A DNA stretch of 64,000 nt from Gnetum montanum (GCA_015680685.1 MNCI01002997.1:1-64000), one strand, 5' to 3'; numbered from the stretch's first letter, positions 13,049 through 25,872 are shown. Translations and numbers: made by a program. The notes: generated from the sequence alone by a model not told the origin.

Positions 13049-13560
13049 TTAATGTCAATCCTAAGTTACTCAATGTCATTCAAAAATTATACAAAGAAAT
13101 AAGTTTTAAAAAGTTTAAGAAACTACAAAATTTTATTGATTTTACAACAATATAGGAGTAAAGCAAGGCTATTCCCTTGCACAAACATTGTTTAGAATTT
13201 TTTTTCTAAGCTAGAAGAGTGGATTAAACAGGGGCTCGTAAATTAGGCTATTAAAGTGGATGAATCATGGATACAACTTTTAATCTTTGCATATGATGTA
13301 ATGCTAGTTGCAAATGAAGAAACAAGGTTAGAATCAATGTTGCACCAACTATAAAAACAATGTGAGTATAAACAAATGAAAATGAATGTTAACAAAAAAT
13401 AAAGTATTAATTTGTGAAACCAATAAAAAAAGATTATAAATTCTAACTAAATAATATACAATTTGAAGTCATGGATATATATAGATATTTGGAGCTACAC
13501 TATTCTCAAAGTTATAAGTGGAAGTATTGTATATCGCAACAAAACAAGAAGTGCCAAGAC
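13049..13560 (+). mobile_element. Old non-L1 LINE RT pseudogene, 3' part (continuation of 6181-7074)
   Basis: NVNPKLLNVIQKLY...GVKQGYSLAQTLF...LIFAYDVMLVA (degenerate GVKQG and FADD motifs). Confidence 0.7.
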
Positions 13561-13699
13561 TTTGACAATATTAAATATATTAATTTAGACAACATATGGA
13601 TTTTGTTTCCAAACAAACAAATTTTGAAGTGAGGGATCTATTTTCAAAGGCTTTTTAACAAAGAATTCCTAGATATAATGTTGACGATACTAAATCAAA

Positions 13700-14440
13700 C
13701 ATAGGAATGACCAATTATATATATGCCTTGGAAGTAAAGAAAGCCCTTATAAAGATGAAAAATGGTAAAGCAACAAGACCAAATAGTATTCCTCTAGAGG
13801 TATAAAGTCCATAGGATACACAGGAATAACTTGGTTGACAACTTTATTCAACAAGATCTGTGAGGAGCAAAACTAGCTAATTATTAAAAAAGAAACACTA
13901 TAATACCCATCTACAAAAACAAGGAATACATTCAAAATTGTGAGAACTATAGAGGCATCAAGCTTATGAGTCACACAATGAAGTTATGGGAAAGAGTTAT
14001 AGAACAATATTTAAGGCAAAAATCAACTATGTCTGAAAATCAATTTGGCTTTATTCCTGGAAGATCAACTATAAAAACTACACCTATTAGAAGAGGTCGC
14101 TTTATTAAAGCTAAAGGAAAACAACAAAGAAGTAGACTTAAACATAATTTATTTGCAAGCATTAAAAGGATATTCAAGATTTGCGTGTTAACATTTACTT
14201 GGCTCTTAATAGAATCAAATGGCAAAAAAGAATTCATATAGCTGACTTTATGTGGTTAGGTTAATGTTAAGATAGTTGATAGAGAAATTTAGATGTACAA
14301 AGAAGAATTTGCATATGATTTTCACTGATATGGAGAAAACAAATAATAAAGTTCCATGGGAGATTATTTGGTGATTGTTAAAGAGGAAGGATATTCCTAT
14401 TGGATACATAAAGGCTACTCAAGACATGCATGATAGAAGC
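13700..14440 (+). mobile_element. RTE-clade LINE RT fragment, with an RTE 3'-end piece at ~14085-14265
   Basis: EVKKALIKMKNGKA..., NCENYRGIKLMSHTMKLWERVIE...ENQFGFIPGRST, later LHMIFTDMEK..KVPWE. These are typical plant RTE RT motifs. Confidence 0.8.
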
Positions 14441-14683
14441 CAATATTTTGTCATTAAAAGTTGAGGCAATACATCAATTCTTAGCAATTTATCTAAATAG
14501 TAAATATAGAAATAAGATCTCAAATGAGATCATTTGAAAATCTTAGCAATAAGGATGATATCACAAAAAAATTGTGGCTATAATATTAGAGTTTTGAAAA
14601 TTCAAATGCAATAATGAACTTAGAAGAAGCTCAAAAATTGTTAAAGCAAAGCAATGTATTTACATACAACTATTCTTATATCC

Positions 14684-14972
14684 ATGTGAACACTAATTAG
14701 CAAGGTAAGAATAGGATCACATTAATTTTGGGTTGAAAGTAGAGTATGGAATAATATATAATATAAAGATAGAATATATCAATTATGTCTATTGTAAGTG
14801 GTAGAAGATGAAACTAGATAGAATATATCAATTATGTCTATTGCATGTGAACACTAATTAGTAGAGTAAGAATAGGATTACATTAATTTTGGGTTGAAAG
14901 TAGAGTATGGAATAATATACAACATAAAGCTAGCATATATCAATTATGTCTATTGCAAGTGGTAGAAGATGA
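14684..14972. repeat. Tandem duplication, period ~162 bp
   Basis: ATGTGAACACTAATTAG...GTAGAAGATGA at 14684-14811 and 14846-14971. Confidence 0.85.
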
Positions 14973-15167
14973 GCAAAGTATATTATTAGAATATTGCAAA
15001 ATGGATTTCTTAACAAAAATGGAAAATATCAAATCAAACTTTGTATGAGTCATCGAATCTACCAATGCTAGTTTGGTCATTATACAAAAGAAGTGTTCAA
15101 ACTGCATGAATATTAGATGCATTTAGTGTATTCAAGTTTTATTGTTACTAACATATTTTGTATAAAG

Positions 15168-15335
15168 GGGTCATCATTTGGAATAATAGTACAATACTTG
15201 TTTTTGAGGCAGTAAAACCTAGGTTCAAGCTTAGGCACAGCTACTCAAAAAGAGATTAGGTTTTTGCTCATCTATTGGCCTTCTCAAGATCCCGCTTAAC
15301 AAGATGAGCATTGGACCTCTAAGAGATGTCCCTAC
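15168..15335 (+). mobile_element. Degenerate tRNA-derived (Au-like) SINE
   Basis: B-box-like GGTTCAAGC. Colinear similarity to the SINE at 24415-24586. Confidence 0.55.
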
Positions 15336-15749
15336 ACATGTTGTATAAACTAATTTATCTTAACAAGTCCTTTGGGTCTATACAGATTACTTCAGTTCAA
15401 TTCATAATAGAGATACAAATCAAAAAGTGCATCCATTGAAAAAGACATTACTAACAAAAGCTACAAATTCAACACCAATATGTTGTTGCTGAGATATACA
15501 AGCATTATGGAAAAGATTATTGATCGGATGTAGTCCAATAGAATCATAGGATCTTTGACATAATTTTAAAAAACAATTTCAGTTTTCACAATTGACATCA
15601 TAAGTTTTCACTTTTCAGTTGCAAATTGTTTTTTATGAGCTTATTCCTTGCTTTGAGAAAAGAAGTGGCAAACTTTAAAAGGAAAACCTATAAGCATAGC
15701 ATCCTAACTTTTAGAAAATATGCTGCACAAAGGATAAGCCCATGTTGTA

Positions 15750-18700
15750 TTCTTCTTCTTCTTCTTCTTTGCCGTTTAATGCACACACGCCATCACAATA
15801 GCAATGCCACCAATCCCCAGATCTTGGAAGACCAGGAGTTCAAACAAGTTTTACAACCAAAGACAGTATGCCCTCAAAAACAGAGGGTTTAGTATTCATT
15901 CTCACAGTTCCTCTCCGCCCCCCCCCCCCCCCCCCCCCCCCCCCCCCNTATTTGCTGTATTTTTGCCCCCTCCCCCGACGCCCTGAAAGGCCGTACACCA
16001 CTCTCTCTCGAATTCAAGGCCCAATTTGTCAACCGGTGCAATCCCCCAACCTCAGCCCCCACCAATGTCCCCAACGCAGCTGTAGTTGTCATCAACTATT
16101 GTGCCATGGCCCCCTACCCAATCATGAGAAGTTGGGCCAGGCCCTGACAATGTTCCATGAGAACATCCTCTATCCATTGGATGTCCCCCCAACTATGCCT
16201 TGTTTGCCTCTCGCCTAGCCTGTTGTTGCATCTCCTCCCACCTACGTTGGCATCTCGTGCCCTCCTCCAACCTCGCCTACTCAACTACAATGTGATAGGC
16301 CTCCATTAGTGTTCTGCCACGAGAACACCCACAAGCAAGCTGCATTGGCACTACAGCAAAAGACAAACCAAAGGCGTCGATGTCATCAAATAATGACTTC
16401 TATCGATCCAACTGCACTGCTCAAGCCGCCTACCCAAAACCCCTACACCTTTGATAAACAATAGTTGTTGTCGGGTAGGCAATGGGGGTACCATTGCACC
16501 ATAATGCAAGAATAACCTTGGGGTGCCGCCCCGGCCACTGCCTATTCAACGATTCCCAGAAGAACTGGGGCAAGTTCACACGGGAGCCTTGTCTAAGGTA
16601 CTTCAAGAAAGTGAAATGCACCCCCATCAATTTGTGGGGGTACCCAAACTGAACAAAGTACCTTTCAACCATCAAAGCCATGTTTTTTCCAAACACCTTG
16701 TAACCTAGAACGCCGAATGTGCCTACTAGCCATCATGCAAACCGGCCTAGGAAAGAACTTCGTGGCATCCATCTGTGCCCTTGCCACTGGGGCCATGATT
16801 TCCCCTGCCACCTCCACCCCCAATGCCTTCGCAAGCACCTACATGGAGACTTCAATCCTTCTACCCTAGAACTGCATAGTCTCTCCCTTCCAATTATCGT
16901 AAAACTATTGTGTGGCCAAATTGGGTTCTCCCTCTAACCATTTGAACATTTCTACCCATCCCATGCATTCCACCAACACCCATAATTTAGGCATGTTGGC
17001 AAAATCCATCCACAACGATTCAAAGAACAACCCTTGCTCCATGGCCATCGTTGCCTCCTACCATAGCAAGCATGCCTCCTTGACCACCGCAAGTGTTGTA
17101 TGGAGCTGTTGCCCCCAAAAAACCAACAAGTTCTGCTTCTTCCAGATGATCCATAGTGTGGCAAGTCTTGTCGAGTCCCCGTGGATCCCTGTAACCTGTG
17201 CAAACTAATCTATTCACCACACAGCTTGTGAAAATTGGCACTCATCCATAAAATGATTAAGCGTTTCTAGAGCCGTGTGGTAACGTGGACAGCTGTCCTC
17301 AATTTGTAACCCCTGCCTCCCGTAACATGGCCTTCACAGGTAGCACCCGATGCATGATAAGCCACCCAAACACCTTATTTTCTCCAGGAGACGACCTTTC
17401 TAGAGGGCCACCCAACCCTTCACCAACAAATAAAAGGATTTTATCATTTCCTTTGATTGTTGTCCCAGCAAGCCCATCGATTAGATTGTGGCCACAAATC
17501 GGCACAAATTTTTCCAGAGATGAGAGCTGGCCAACAAGGACTCCCATCTATAGTATTTTCATGTTAAAATCTACACCCATGATGCCCCTCCAACCGCAGT
17601 TGCCATGAACCTATTCAGCAATCGATTCAAGCCCAAAGCAACCTCATCCTCAAATCTCAATAGCCCAATACCCCCTACCAGCTTGGGTCTTGCCATTACT
17701 GGCCATGAGACCAAATGCTTATTTTGGCCCCTTTTTCCGCTAGACCAGACAAAATATCTTACTATTCTATCTATTTTCTACATAATACTAACTAGCGGAG
17801 TAGCCATAGAAGCGGAAAAACGAACAACAGCCATCAAGACCATTGTTGCCAGTATCATCTTGCCCTTTCGGGACAAGAATCAACCTATCCATAGAGCAAT
17901 CTTGTTTTGTACATGTTCCACCAATCCTTTCCAAGCCTGTTGCCTATTCTAGTCAAAAATAGGCATACCAAGGTAAGTATCCTAGGCATTTCCTGGCAGA
18001 ATACCCAACTTCTGTGTGAGCTTGGCCCTCACCGCCCCATCTATGTGAATATAATAGACAGCCAATTTGCCCTTGTTCACCTCCAAACCAACTTCGCGCT
18101 ACATCCATGTCATCACTCGTAATAGTGCCTCAGCCTGTGGCACCACAACTCAAGAAAAAACCATAGTATCATCTACATAATGTGCTACTAAACTGTTCAC
18201 CCCAACAACCTAAAGTCCTTGAACCCCTTCCTCGTTGCAATAACTTTGGAACAGGCCCATAACAATACTGAAAAGGAGCGGAGATAATCGATCCCCTTGC
18301 CTTAAGCTACACCCTATGCCCGTGAACCCACATAGCCTACCACCGATGTCCAAAGAGTATCGTCCACTGCATTGTATCTAAATACATAAGTTGACAAACT
18401 TGGTATTAAAACCTTTCTCCACCATCACTCTTCATAGCACCGCCCAACTGACCGTGTCATAAGCCTTAGTGATGTCAAGTTTGGTACACATTCCAGGAAA
18501 TCTAGCCACCCAAACCAAATGCAGAATCTCTTGTAATAGCAACAACTAGGCCTGTAAGAAACGTCACTTAATAAACCCAACTTGATGTTCCCCAACCAAC
18601 TTCCCCATAAGTGGTGCAAGATGCCCAACCAGCATCTTGGAGAAGACCCGCATTAACGTGTTGCAAACCCCAATAGGCCAAAAATGTCCTAGGGCAGAGG

Positions 18701-21660
18701 GATTGGGGACTTTGGGTAAAAGCACCACCCGTGAACAATTTATTTCTCCCCTAACCTATTGCCATCTAAGCATACTATTATATGCATCTAGCAAATTGGG
18801 CCCCATGGGATCCTCATATTCCTTGAAGAATTCGATTGGCCATCCATCAGGCCCCAGAGCCCTGTTGGCTTGCATGGATTTCAAAGCCCACAACAGTTCC
18901 TCCCACGAGAAAAGGCATAACAACTGTGCATTGTTTGCTTGTGTAAGGACCCATGGTATGTGTAGAGAGATGGGATCTATGGCCTACCACTGCCAGATAT
19001 TCCCCCAAAACTCCAACCCCCTCGTGCTACTGTGTGGGCCTTCACCACCCATGCTCTCAATGATGCCCTAGAGCTTGTTCTTTTGTGCCTGATTCTGTCT
19101 TGTCATGGCAAAGAAAAACCTAGTGTTCTTGTTCCCTTTCCTTATCCAGGTCACCCTTGAGCGCTGTCTCCAATAACTCTCCTGTTCCCTGTCCAGGTCT
19201 TGTAACTCCCGCAAAAGTTCCTACTCATTAGTATCCCAAGCCTCCCCCATTTCCTTCAATTGTTGGATTGCCCTCAATTCCTCCTGCACTTGCTGTCGAT
19301 ATCCCTTAAAGCTATATCTGTCCTCCATTTTTTTGGCCTTAATAGTGTGTTTAAGAGCTCTCAAACCCCCACTGAGGAACTGCTAGGGCTCCTACGTCCC
19401 ATTATAGCCTTGCCAAATATCCACCACCATGGGCCTGAGCCAAGCCTTAGTCGACCAAGCCTGCTTGAATCGGAACAACCGAGGCCCCCACCTCCCCTGC
19501 AATTGAATATGACACAAAATAGATCAATGGTCTGAGGCTTGTGGCTCCTACCCCTCCGCCATGATTTGGAAATACAACATTAAGCCCTCACAAAACCAAA
19601 TATGGTCAATTCAAGACTATACACGATCTAGACCCCTCCAGTGGTTACTCCAAGTAAAATTATAGCCCAGGATCTCCAGGTTGATCATTTTATATTGCCA
19701 TAGAAATTCAATACATGCCTCAAGCCCCAAAGGATCAGTGCACTCATTACTAGATTTTTCCTAGCAGTAAAGTTGCCGATTAAAATCCCCCATTACCATC
19801 CAGCAGACCGTATTAGGGATATGCCTGGCCACCCGTCAGAGTTCTTGAACCCTTGCCTCCCAATTTTATGCCCCATAATAATTTGTAAGCCAAATATTCC
19901 TTTGCTGCATATAAACCATCTAACTCCAATCCAACATACCCTCCAAATTAACCAAAACTTTAGCTAAGATAGCCAACCCCCCTGTGCAGCCCCTATTGGG
20001 CACAATGTGGGCAGTCCAACCCTTCCAATTCAACAGTTGCCATTCAGCCATTTGAACCTTTGTTTCTTGCAAACACACCACTTCACAACCGACCTCCCTC
20101 ACCATCCTTCGTAGGGTATTTCTTTTGTACGAGGTACCCTAGCCCCAACAATTCCAAGATAAAATCTTCATGGCGAGGTAGACATCCATCAATGGTATAC
20201 CTCCCACAGCGTGCGCTGTATCCCCAAATCTAGATCCAACTATGTGGATTTCTTGTGCATTGCCACCTTATCTGGGAGCCCAAGCTTGCTCTCCTGTTGA
20301 TGCACTACCTCTCCAACCAAACTCCCTGCCTACCAAAGATTAATGTCCTGCATTTTCAATTTAGAAGAGCCCCTTCCCATAGTGATCCATTCCTCCAATG
20401 AGGGTAGCTCCAACACAACCCCCAATGGCTCGATGGCCTTGTGAATCGACAGTGTACAAGGGAACCCCTGTACCCCCGTAGCTTATGTCCCAACCGGACT
20501 ATCCCCCACCATCCAAAATCCTTCTATTGTCTCCTCCCCTTGAGGCAACTGAGGGATTGGTAACTCTTCCACTAGTTTCTCCTGCTTCAAGTTCTGATTC
20601 CCTCCTCCCACAGTTGTGTGAGGTGGTCGTTGAGGGACCTCAGAAGCCCCTTGCTTCCAAATCCAACCCTTCCGCCCAGCTTTATTCCATCCCTAGGCGA
20701 CCTCCATCAACCCTTGACAACCGTCTGATGCAAGGTGGCTCTTCCCACTATCCTTCCAATTCCCCTCCAACCTCCCCATGGGCAGATTTTCAAACTTCAC
20801 CCGAATCCGTTCTTCCCCTCCTGCAGCATCAAAAGTAATCTCTTCGACCTGTTCTGCCGACTGCATTGACTTCCACATGCAGAACCGTGCGTACCCCATC
20901 CGGTCCATGGATGCAGTAAACACGTCAAATTGGATAAACTCTTCAAAGAGACTCGCCAGAGACTTCAAGATATCGAGTTTCCAATATTCCAATGGTAAGT
21001 CCAGCAAACGGACCCAGACCGATGTGTGGTCGAAGATGCACTGATCCCAATGCGCTCCAAGTCACCAATGTGCCAAGGCCAGGCCACGAGCGTCGTAAAA
21101 CCATGGGCTCACCAACAAAATCCTTTCCCGATCAGCCAAAGTGGGGAAAATAAACAGCAAACAATCATCCACCAGGCTTCGTACCCTAACCGTCTCCAAC
21201 TCCTAGGTGATTTTGGCCCACTTGTGAATGAGTTCCATCCTCAGTCACACACCTACGAAAATAAATTTCCCGAGTAGACTCCTCTAGAGTTCCTGCATAG
21301 TCTTCTCGGGTGACTGCCCAACCTTAATCCTCATCACAGTCCCCTCTCTCTCGCACGCGTCGAAGGCGGGCCTTCCATTTTCTGACCCAGGCAGTAGGAG
21401 CCAAGGGTCCTCTAGCATCACATCCTCGCTTTCCTTGACCTGACATTCCTCGCCACCGCCCTCCCCATGTTCCCTTGGGGTCGCATCCACATTTCCGTTG
21501 ACTCCCCCTTTTTTGAGCATCCGCTCCACCCCTACAACATGATTTGCCGAAGCGCCCGCCGCTACTTCCACCGACACTCCCCTTGCAGTCGCTACTGCTC
21601 CTGCTACACTTGTCACTCCCATTGTCTCCCCACCCGGTTCTTGTCTTCAAGACTCATGAA
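15750..21660 (-). mobile_element. Near-full-length L1-clade LINE (copy 2), same lineage as copy 1
   Basis: ORF1 ~21657-20168 (LLDLPLEYWKLD...MGYARFC). ORF2 from 20171 (MKILSWNC, VCLQETK, GDFN, QGDRLSPLLF, HYVDD, zf-RVT). ATTAAA then (AAG)n tail at 15770-15750. No clear TSD found. Confidence 0.9.
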
Positions 21661-22422
21661 ATGAGTTTCTTAATCTAAATACAAAGAGAGAGAAAAGCTT
21701 TAAATTGTCCCTGAAAGTGCTGGACAAGCCTATAATGATGGAGATAGGGTCATGGGGATAATGGTTGTAATTACAATTTGACAACTATTTCATAATCATT
21801 TCAACTAATAATTATGTACCCTAGATAGGCTGCATTGTCATCAAGACCTATCACATCAATTGCAAGTAGATGGGCTAAAGCTTGCCCATACTTGAGTCTA
21901 AAAACATGGTCTGCCTATCTGCCTGTGATAAAGTTTCTGATCACCAGAGTAATGTATCGTTTGAACCAAAAAAATTATTTGATATTCTTCTATTGTTCAT
22001 GCTCACAAAGTTGTACAGTGCTTCATTGCCCTTTCTTTATAGTTTATAATTAAGAACAGAAATTTACTTTCCACTTTTCAGATAAAAAACTGTACCGTAA
22101 AGACGTTATCCAGAGACACCATGCTCTCTTTGCAGGGGAATAAATACAGTGTAGCAGCTAAAGTACTTAGACGTTACCCGTAAATCCAGTCCTAAGAAGA
22201 AAGAATAAGACTTGATGCTAAAGATGAATAAATAGATTTTAGCTACTTATCGGGAGTTCTGCGAGTTCTCTCGGGTGAATCTTCTCTTGTGTGGGGCCTA
22301 AATTATTTCACTGGTGTCCAAACACCAGTCGATTTGATATTCCTGTCCAACTCAACGGCTGTTTCCTAAAGTTATTCAGAGGTTTTCAACTGACATACGA
22401 AGGAAGTAGAACAAGTACATAC

Positions 22423-24051
22423 CTAACATAAGGCTCCAAATCCTCCCAATTCCACCGTTTTCTCTTTTTAAAAAGTGCTGCAAAGCGGTCTGCAGGATTT
22501 GCAGGTAAAGTTGACACACTAAATGGTCGGACCCAAATGTCAGCACCAATTTGCTCACAAAGAGCTTCACCTTTGAGCATTTTCTTGGTTGGGTGCAATT
22601 CACTGCAGGGCAGAGACTGGCTCCATGCCTCCATAAAATCGTCAAGTTTCCATTTTCCCGAATTTAACAGCTGCTTTGCATACCTCAAGCACAACAACCT
22701 CTCGTCCAAGCAAAACACTTGTTCTTCTTTAGTTTCCCCAGTGTCTGCTGCCTGTGATCCAATGTTTTTTCCATACATCTGCAGACAGTGCTCCACAATC
22801 TTTCTTGGGTAGCCATGTGTTCCCAAAACAGTTACAGCATCAGCAGCCCTGAGAGCCCTAATGTCCCAGCCATGTTGCACAGAACTCAGAACCATTAAAT
22901 CCAGCAAACTGCCCATGTATTTGTCATCCACTATTCTCCAAAACCCCTCCATCTCCACAGCTTGAAGATGTGCCAATCCCTCTCTGAGTTCCCCCTCACT
23001 TGCCTGGATTTGATTAAGCAGGTCTTTAAAACTGTAGAGGCCCTCATGCCCGTAAACGTAGTCTTCTTCCTCATCTTCTCTGAGAGGCCTCTTTCCCACA
23101 AGGGTTTTAAGCTTGTCTAGCCTCGGGGCAATCTGAACCAGTTCCATGTGTCCAGAAGCCATTATGGTTGTTGCAGAACATGAACTTCCGGAATTTGTGA
23201 AATCAGGCACTTGTTCAGGTCCCTGCTCAGGTGGAGGAGGAAACAGAAATACAGAATTTGAAGTGGCCACAAACTTGATGGCAAATGTCTTCGAAGATGT
23301 GCACAGAACTGCTTCTTCATCACTGCTGCTGCCTCTGATTGTTACTCTGCACAACTCCAATGAAATTGAAAAATGAAATGACACCATCAAAAAGCAATGC
23401 CTTATCTATAAATTAAATTGCCTCCTATGATTGTCACTTGTAAAAAAGAAGAAACCCAACTGAGATTGGACAAACATATCAAAGCCATCCAAAGAAACGA
23501 TCCAATTCTATTGCGTGAATCAAAGATGACCCTCTGAAGATCCACTGCATAAAACGATAGAAAATAACACGGCATATTGAAAATGAGAAAAGACGATCCA
23601 CCATGAAAATGATGATGCAGCTACCACTGCTAATAAAAACACTAGGATTTTAACACGGCGAGGATATTTACCCACCCTCCAGTCCGTTTTAAGTTTTAAC
23701 GCAAAAATTACCCTTCCAAAGTTGAGCTATTATAATCATGTTAACTCGTTGATTACGTTAACAGGCCCATGCTTGATGGGAGCAATTGAATTTCAAGAAC
23801 AAGTTGTATTGTTCTAGCGGAAACTAAGACAGAACGCAGGCAGGCAGGCAGGCATTGGAATCATACCGCTGGTTGAGAATTTGATGGAGTATAGCATCAT
23901 CCACTTCAAGCAATTTAATATCGTCGCGAGCTTGACAGAAGGTGTCTGCGTACTTAATGCTCATACAGCAGCCTGGATTCAGACCCACTAAACCCTGCGC
24001 CCCTAACTCGCATGTATAAGAAGGCACATTTTCCTGCCGCATCTCCGCCAT
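22423..24051 (-). CDS. DCC1: Sister chromatid cohesion protein DCC1 (Ctf18-RFC subunit); exons 24051-23867 and 23346-22423; final exon not located
   Basis: Family motifs LLEVD, VTIRG...EEAVLCTSSKTFAIKFVATSNSVFL, QASEGELREGL..L.AVEMEGFWR, LPANPADRFAALFKKRKRWNWEDLEPYV. GT-AG intron 23866-23347 keeps the frame (185 + 924 nt). GT donor at 22422. Confidence 0.9.
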
Positions 24052-24108
24052 GGCTCTTCCTTCCCAGAATAAACATGCCAATGCCAATTTCATCATCTTA
24101 TATTTTCT

Positions 24109-24151
24109 GGCCCAGCAGGGTTTCGCGCCAACGGCTGTTCAAACTTCCGTT
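24109..24151. promoter_or_regulatory. Cell-cycle promoter module of DCC1: site II, E2F, MSA cores, CHR-like
   Basis: GGCCCA 24109-24114; TTTCGCGC 24121-24128; AACGG 24130-24134 and CCGTT 24147-24151; TTCAAA (TTTGAA on minus) 24138-24143. All lie ~60-100 bp upstream of the ATG. Confidence 0.6.
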
Positions 24152-24414
24152 TGGTTTTTTGGGTACCCAGTAAAAAACCTTAGGCTTTTATTTATTTAAA
24201 AATTAAAAATAAATATAAAACAGGATTTACATCGGCATGATAAAAAATAAAGATTTCCCAGATACCTAAAGTAGGATTTTGAACCAGAGGTAAAATCAGA
24301 GGGGAAGATCTTGGGGTCATGAATGTTTAAATAGAATTAAGGAAGAGAGCATTCCAACTCAATTTAGTGTTGAATAGATAATGACAAGATATAATATCTA
24401 GATAACATAAGATA

Positions 24415-24586
24415 GGGACTAATATTTGGAGTGATGGTGAAGTACTTGTTTTTCAAGTCGTAAGACTTGGGTTCAAGCTTGGAAATAGTCACTCAAAAGA
24501 GGTTAAGCTTTCACTCCTCCACCACCCTCCCAAGAACCACCTTGGCAAAATGAGGATCAAGCCCCTTGGTGATGATCCTTTTTTTA
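24415..24586 (+). mobile_element. tRNA-derived Au-like SINE
   Basis: A-box-like TGGAGTGATGG, B-box GGTTCAAGC, C-rich 3' part and T-tail. Preceded by ATAATATCTAGATAACA, which recurs after the downstream tails. Confidence 0.65.
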
Positions 24587-24599
24587 TAATATATAACAA

Positions 24600-24905
24600 A
24601 ATTAGGCTTTCACTCATCCACCATCCTCCCCTTGGCAAGATGAGCATTAAGCCTTTAGGTAATGATCCTTTTTTTTTATAATATCTAGATAACAAAGTAT
24701 GAACCAAGTGTGGATTGTTGAACTCAAAGGGAGGGAGGGTTGATAAAAATACCATCCTCCCAAGACCGACCTTGGCAAGATGAGCATTAAGCCTTTAGGT
24801 AATGATCCTTTTATTTTATTTTATTTTATAATATCTAGATAACAAAGCATGAACCAAGTGTGGATTGTTGAACTCAAAGGGAGGGAGGGTTGATAAAATA
24901 CCAAA
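24600..24905 (+). repeat. Two further SINE 3'-end copies plus a ~140-bp tandem duplication
   Basis: TTGGCAAGATGAGCATTAAGCC...GGGTTGATAAAATACC at ~24632-24753 and ~24773-24903. Confidence 0.8.
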
Positions 24906-25515
24906 AACAAAATTAAATGTTGGCAAACAAATAGAACTTAAACATAATGGAACACACTCACCAATATGTGTGGTCAAGGTTTCCATTTTAGTTTCAAATC
25001 AAGAAAAAAGCGCTTAAGAATACCACAATGCTAGATCCTCAAATGCTACACTATGTGCAATGCAATGATGATGAAATCTCCAAGTTTAGTATCCCTTAAG
25101 ACTTCCAAGAATCTCTCAAAGCCAAGATCAATGATGCTCTCATACGACACATCGAAACCCCCTCACAACAAAGTAATAAAATACTTAGCAATCCCTTAGA
25201 ATTCATCAAGGCAAAAACCCATTAGGGTATCAATGTAGATGTTGAAATTTTTCCTTAGAAAAACCCAAAGCTCCTTAAAGCAAGCAAGCAATAAACAAAG
25301 TGTTTTAGAGATGGTCTTTGAATTTGATCTACACAATAGGTACAAATGCTAAGGCAAGAATAAATTAATAAGTTCTAAAAACAAAGAAATGCTAATATGA
25401 GATTGCAAATCAATAGAGTATAAGCATTTCAAACCTTGGAAAGAAATATGTAGCTATATTAGAGGGTTTTGGAATCCAAAATTTTTTTTATTATTATTAT
25501 TTTCCACCTATCAAT

Positions 25516-25872
25516 TGGCTAGACTTTATCACAGAAAACAAATAACTATCATCATAACATTGGATTAAGAGATGAACTTTTTTCATGGGAATTATTATAG
25601 GCATGTGTTGGCTAGACTTTGTCATGGAAAATAAATAATTATCAACATAACATTGGGTGAAGAGATAAACCTTTTCATGGAAATTATTATAGGTATGTAT
25701 TGGCTTAGACTTTATCATAGAAAATAAATATGTATCACCATAATACTAGTCCAAGAGATTAACTTTTCACAAAAACTATTATATGTATATATTAGTTATA
25801 CTTTGTTATGAAAAATAATAGTTATCGTCATATGTTGGATTAATAGATAAACTTTTTCACAAAAATTATTAT
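25516..25872. repeat. ~92-bp tandem repeat, 4 degenerate units
   Basis: TGGCTAGACTTTATCA...GGAATTATTATAGG recurs near 25516, 25608, 25701 and 25793. Confidence 0.8.

Noticed and set aside
15868-16218. Poly-proline/poly-glycine ORFs
   Set aside because: They derive from a poly-C tract next to an N in the LINE 3' UTR.
24052-24096. Upstream in-frame ATGs extending DCC1 by 15 aa
   Set aside because: They abut the promoter motifs, and ATG 24051 has a strong GCCATGG context; this cannot be settled without transcripts.
24866-25480. Possible Copia-type LTR fragment
   Set aside because: Only a suggestive TGTTG...GGGAGGGTTGA start; no matching terminus, PBS or TSD found.
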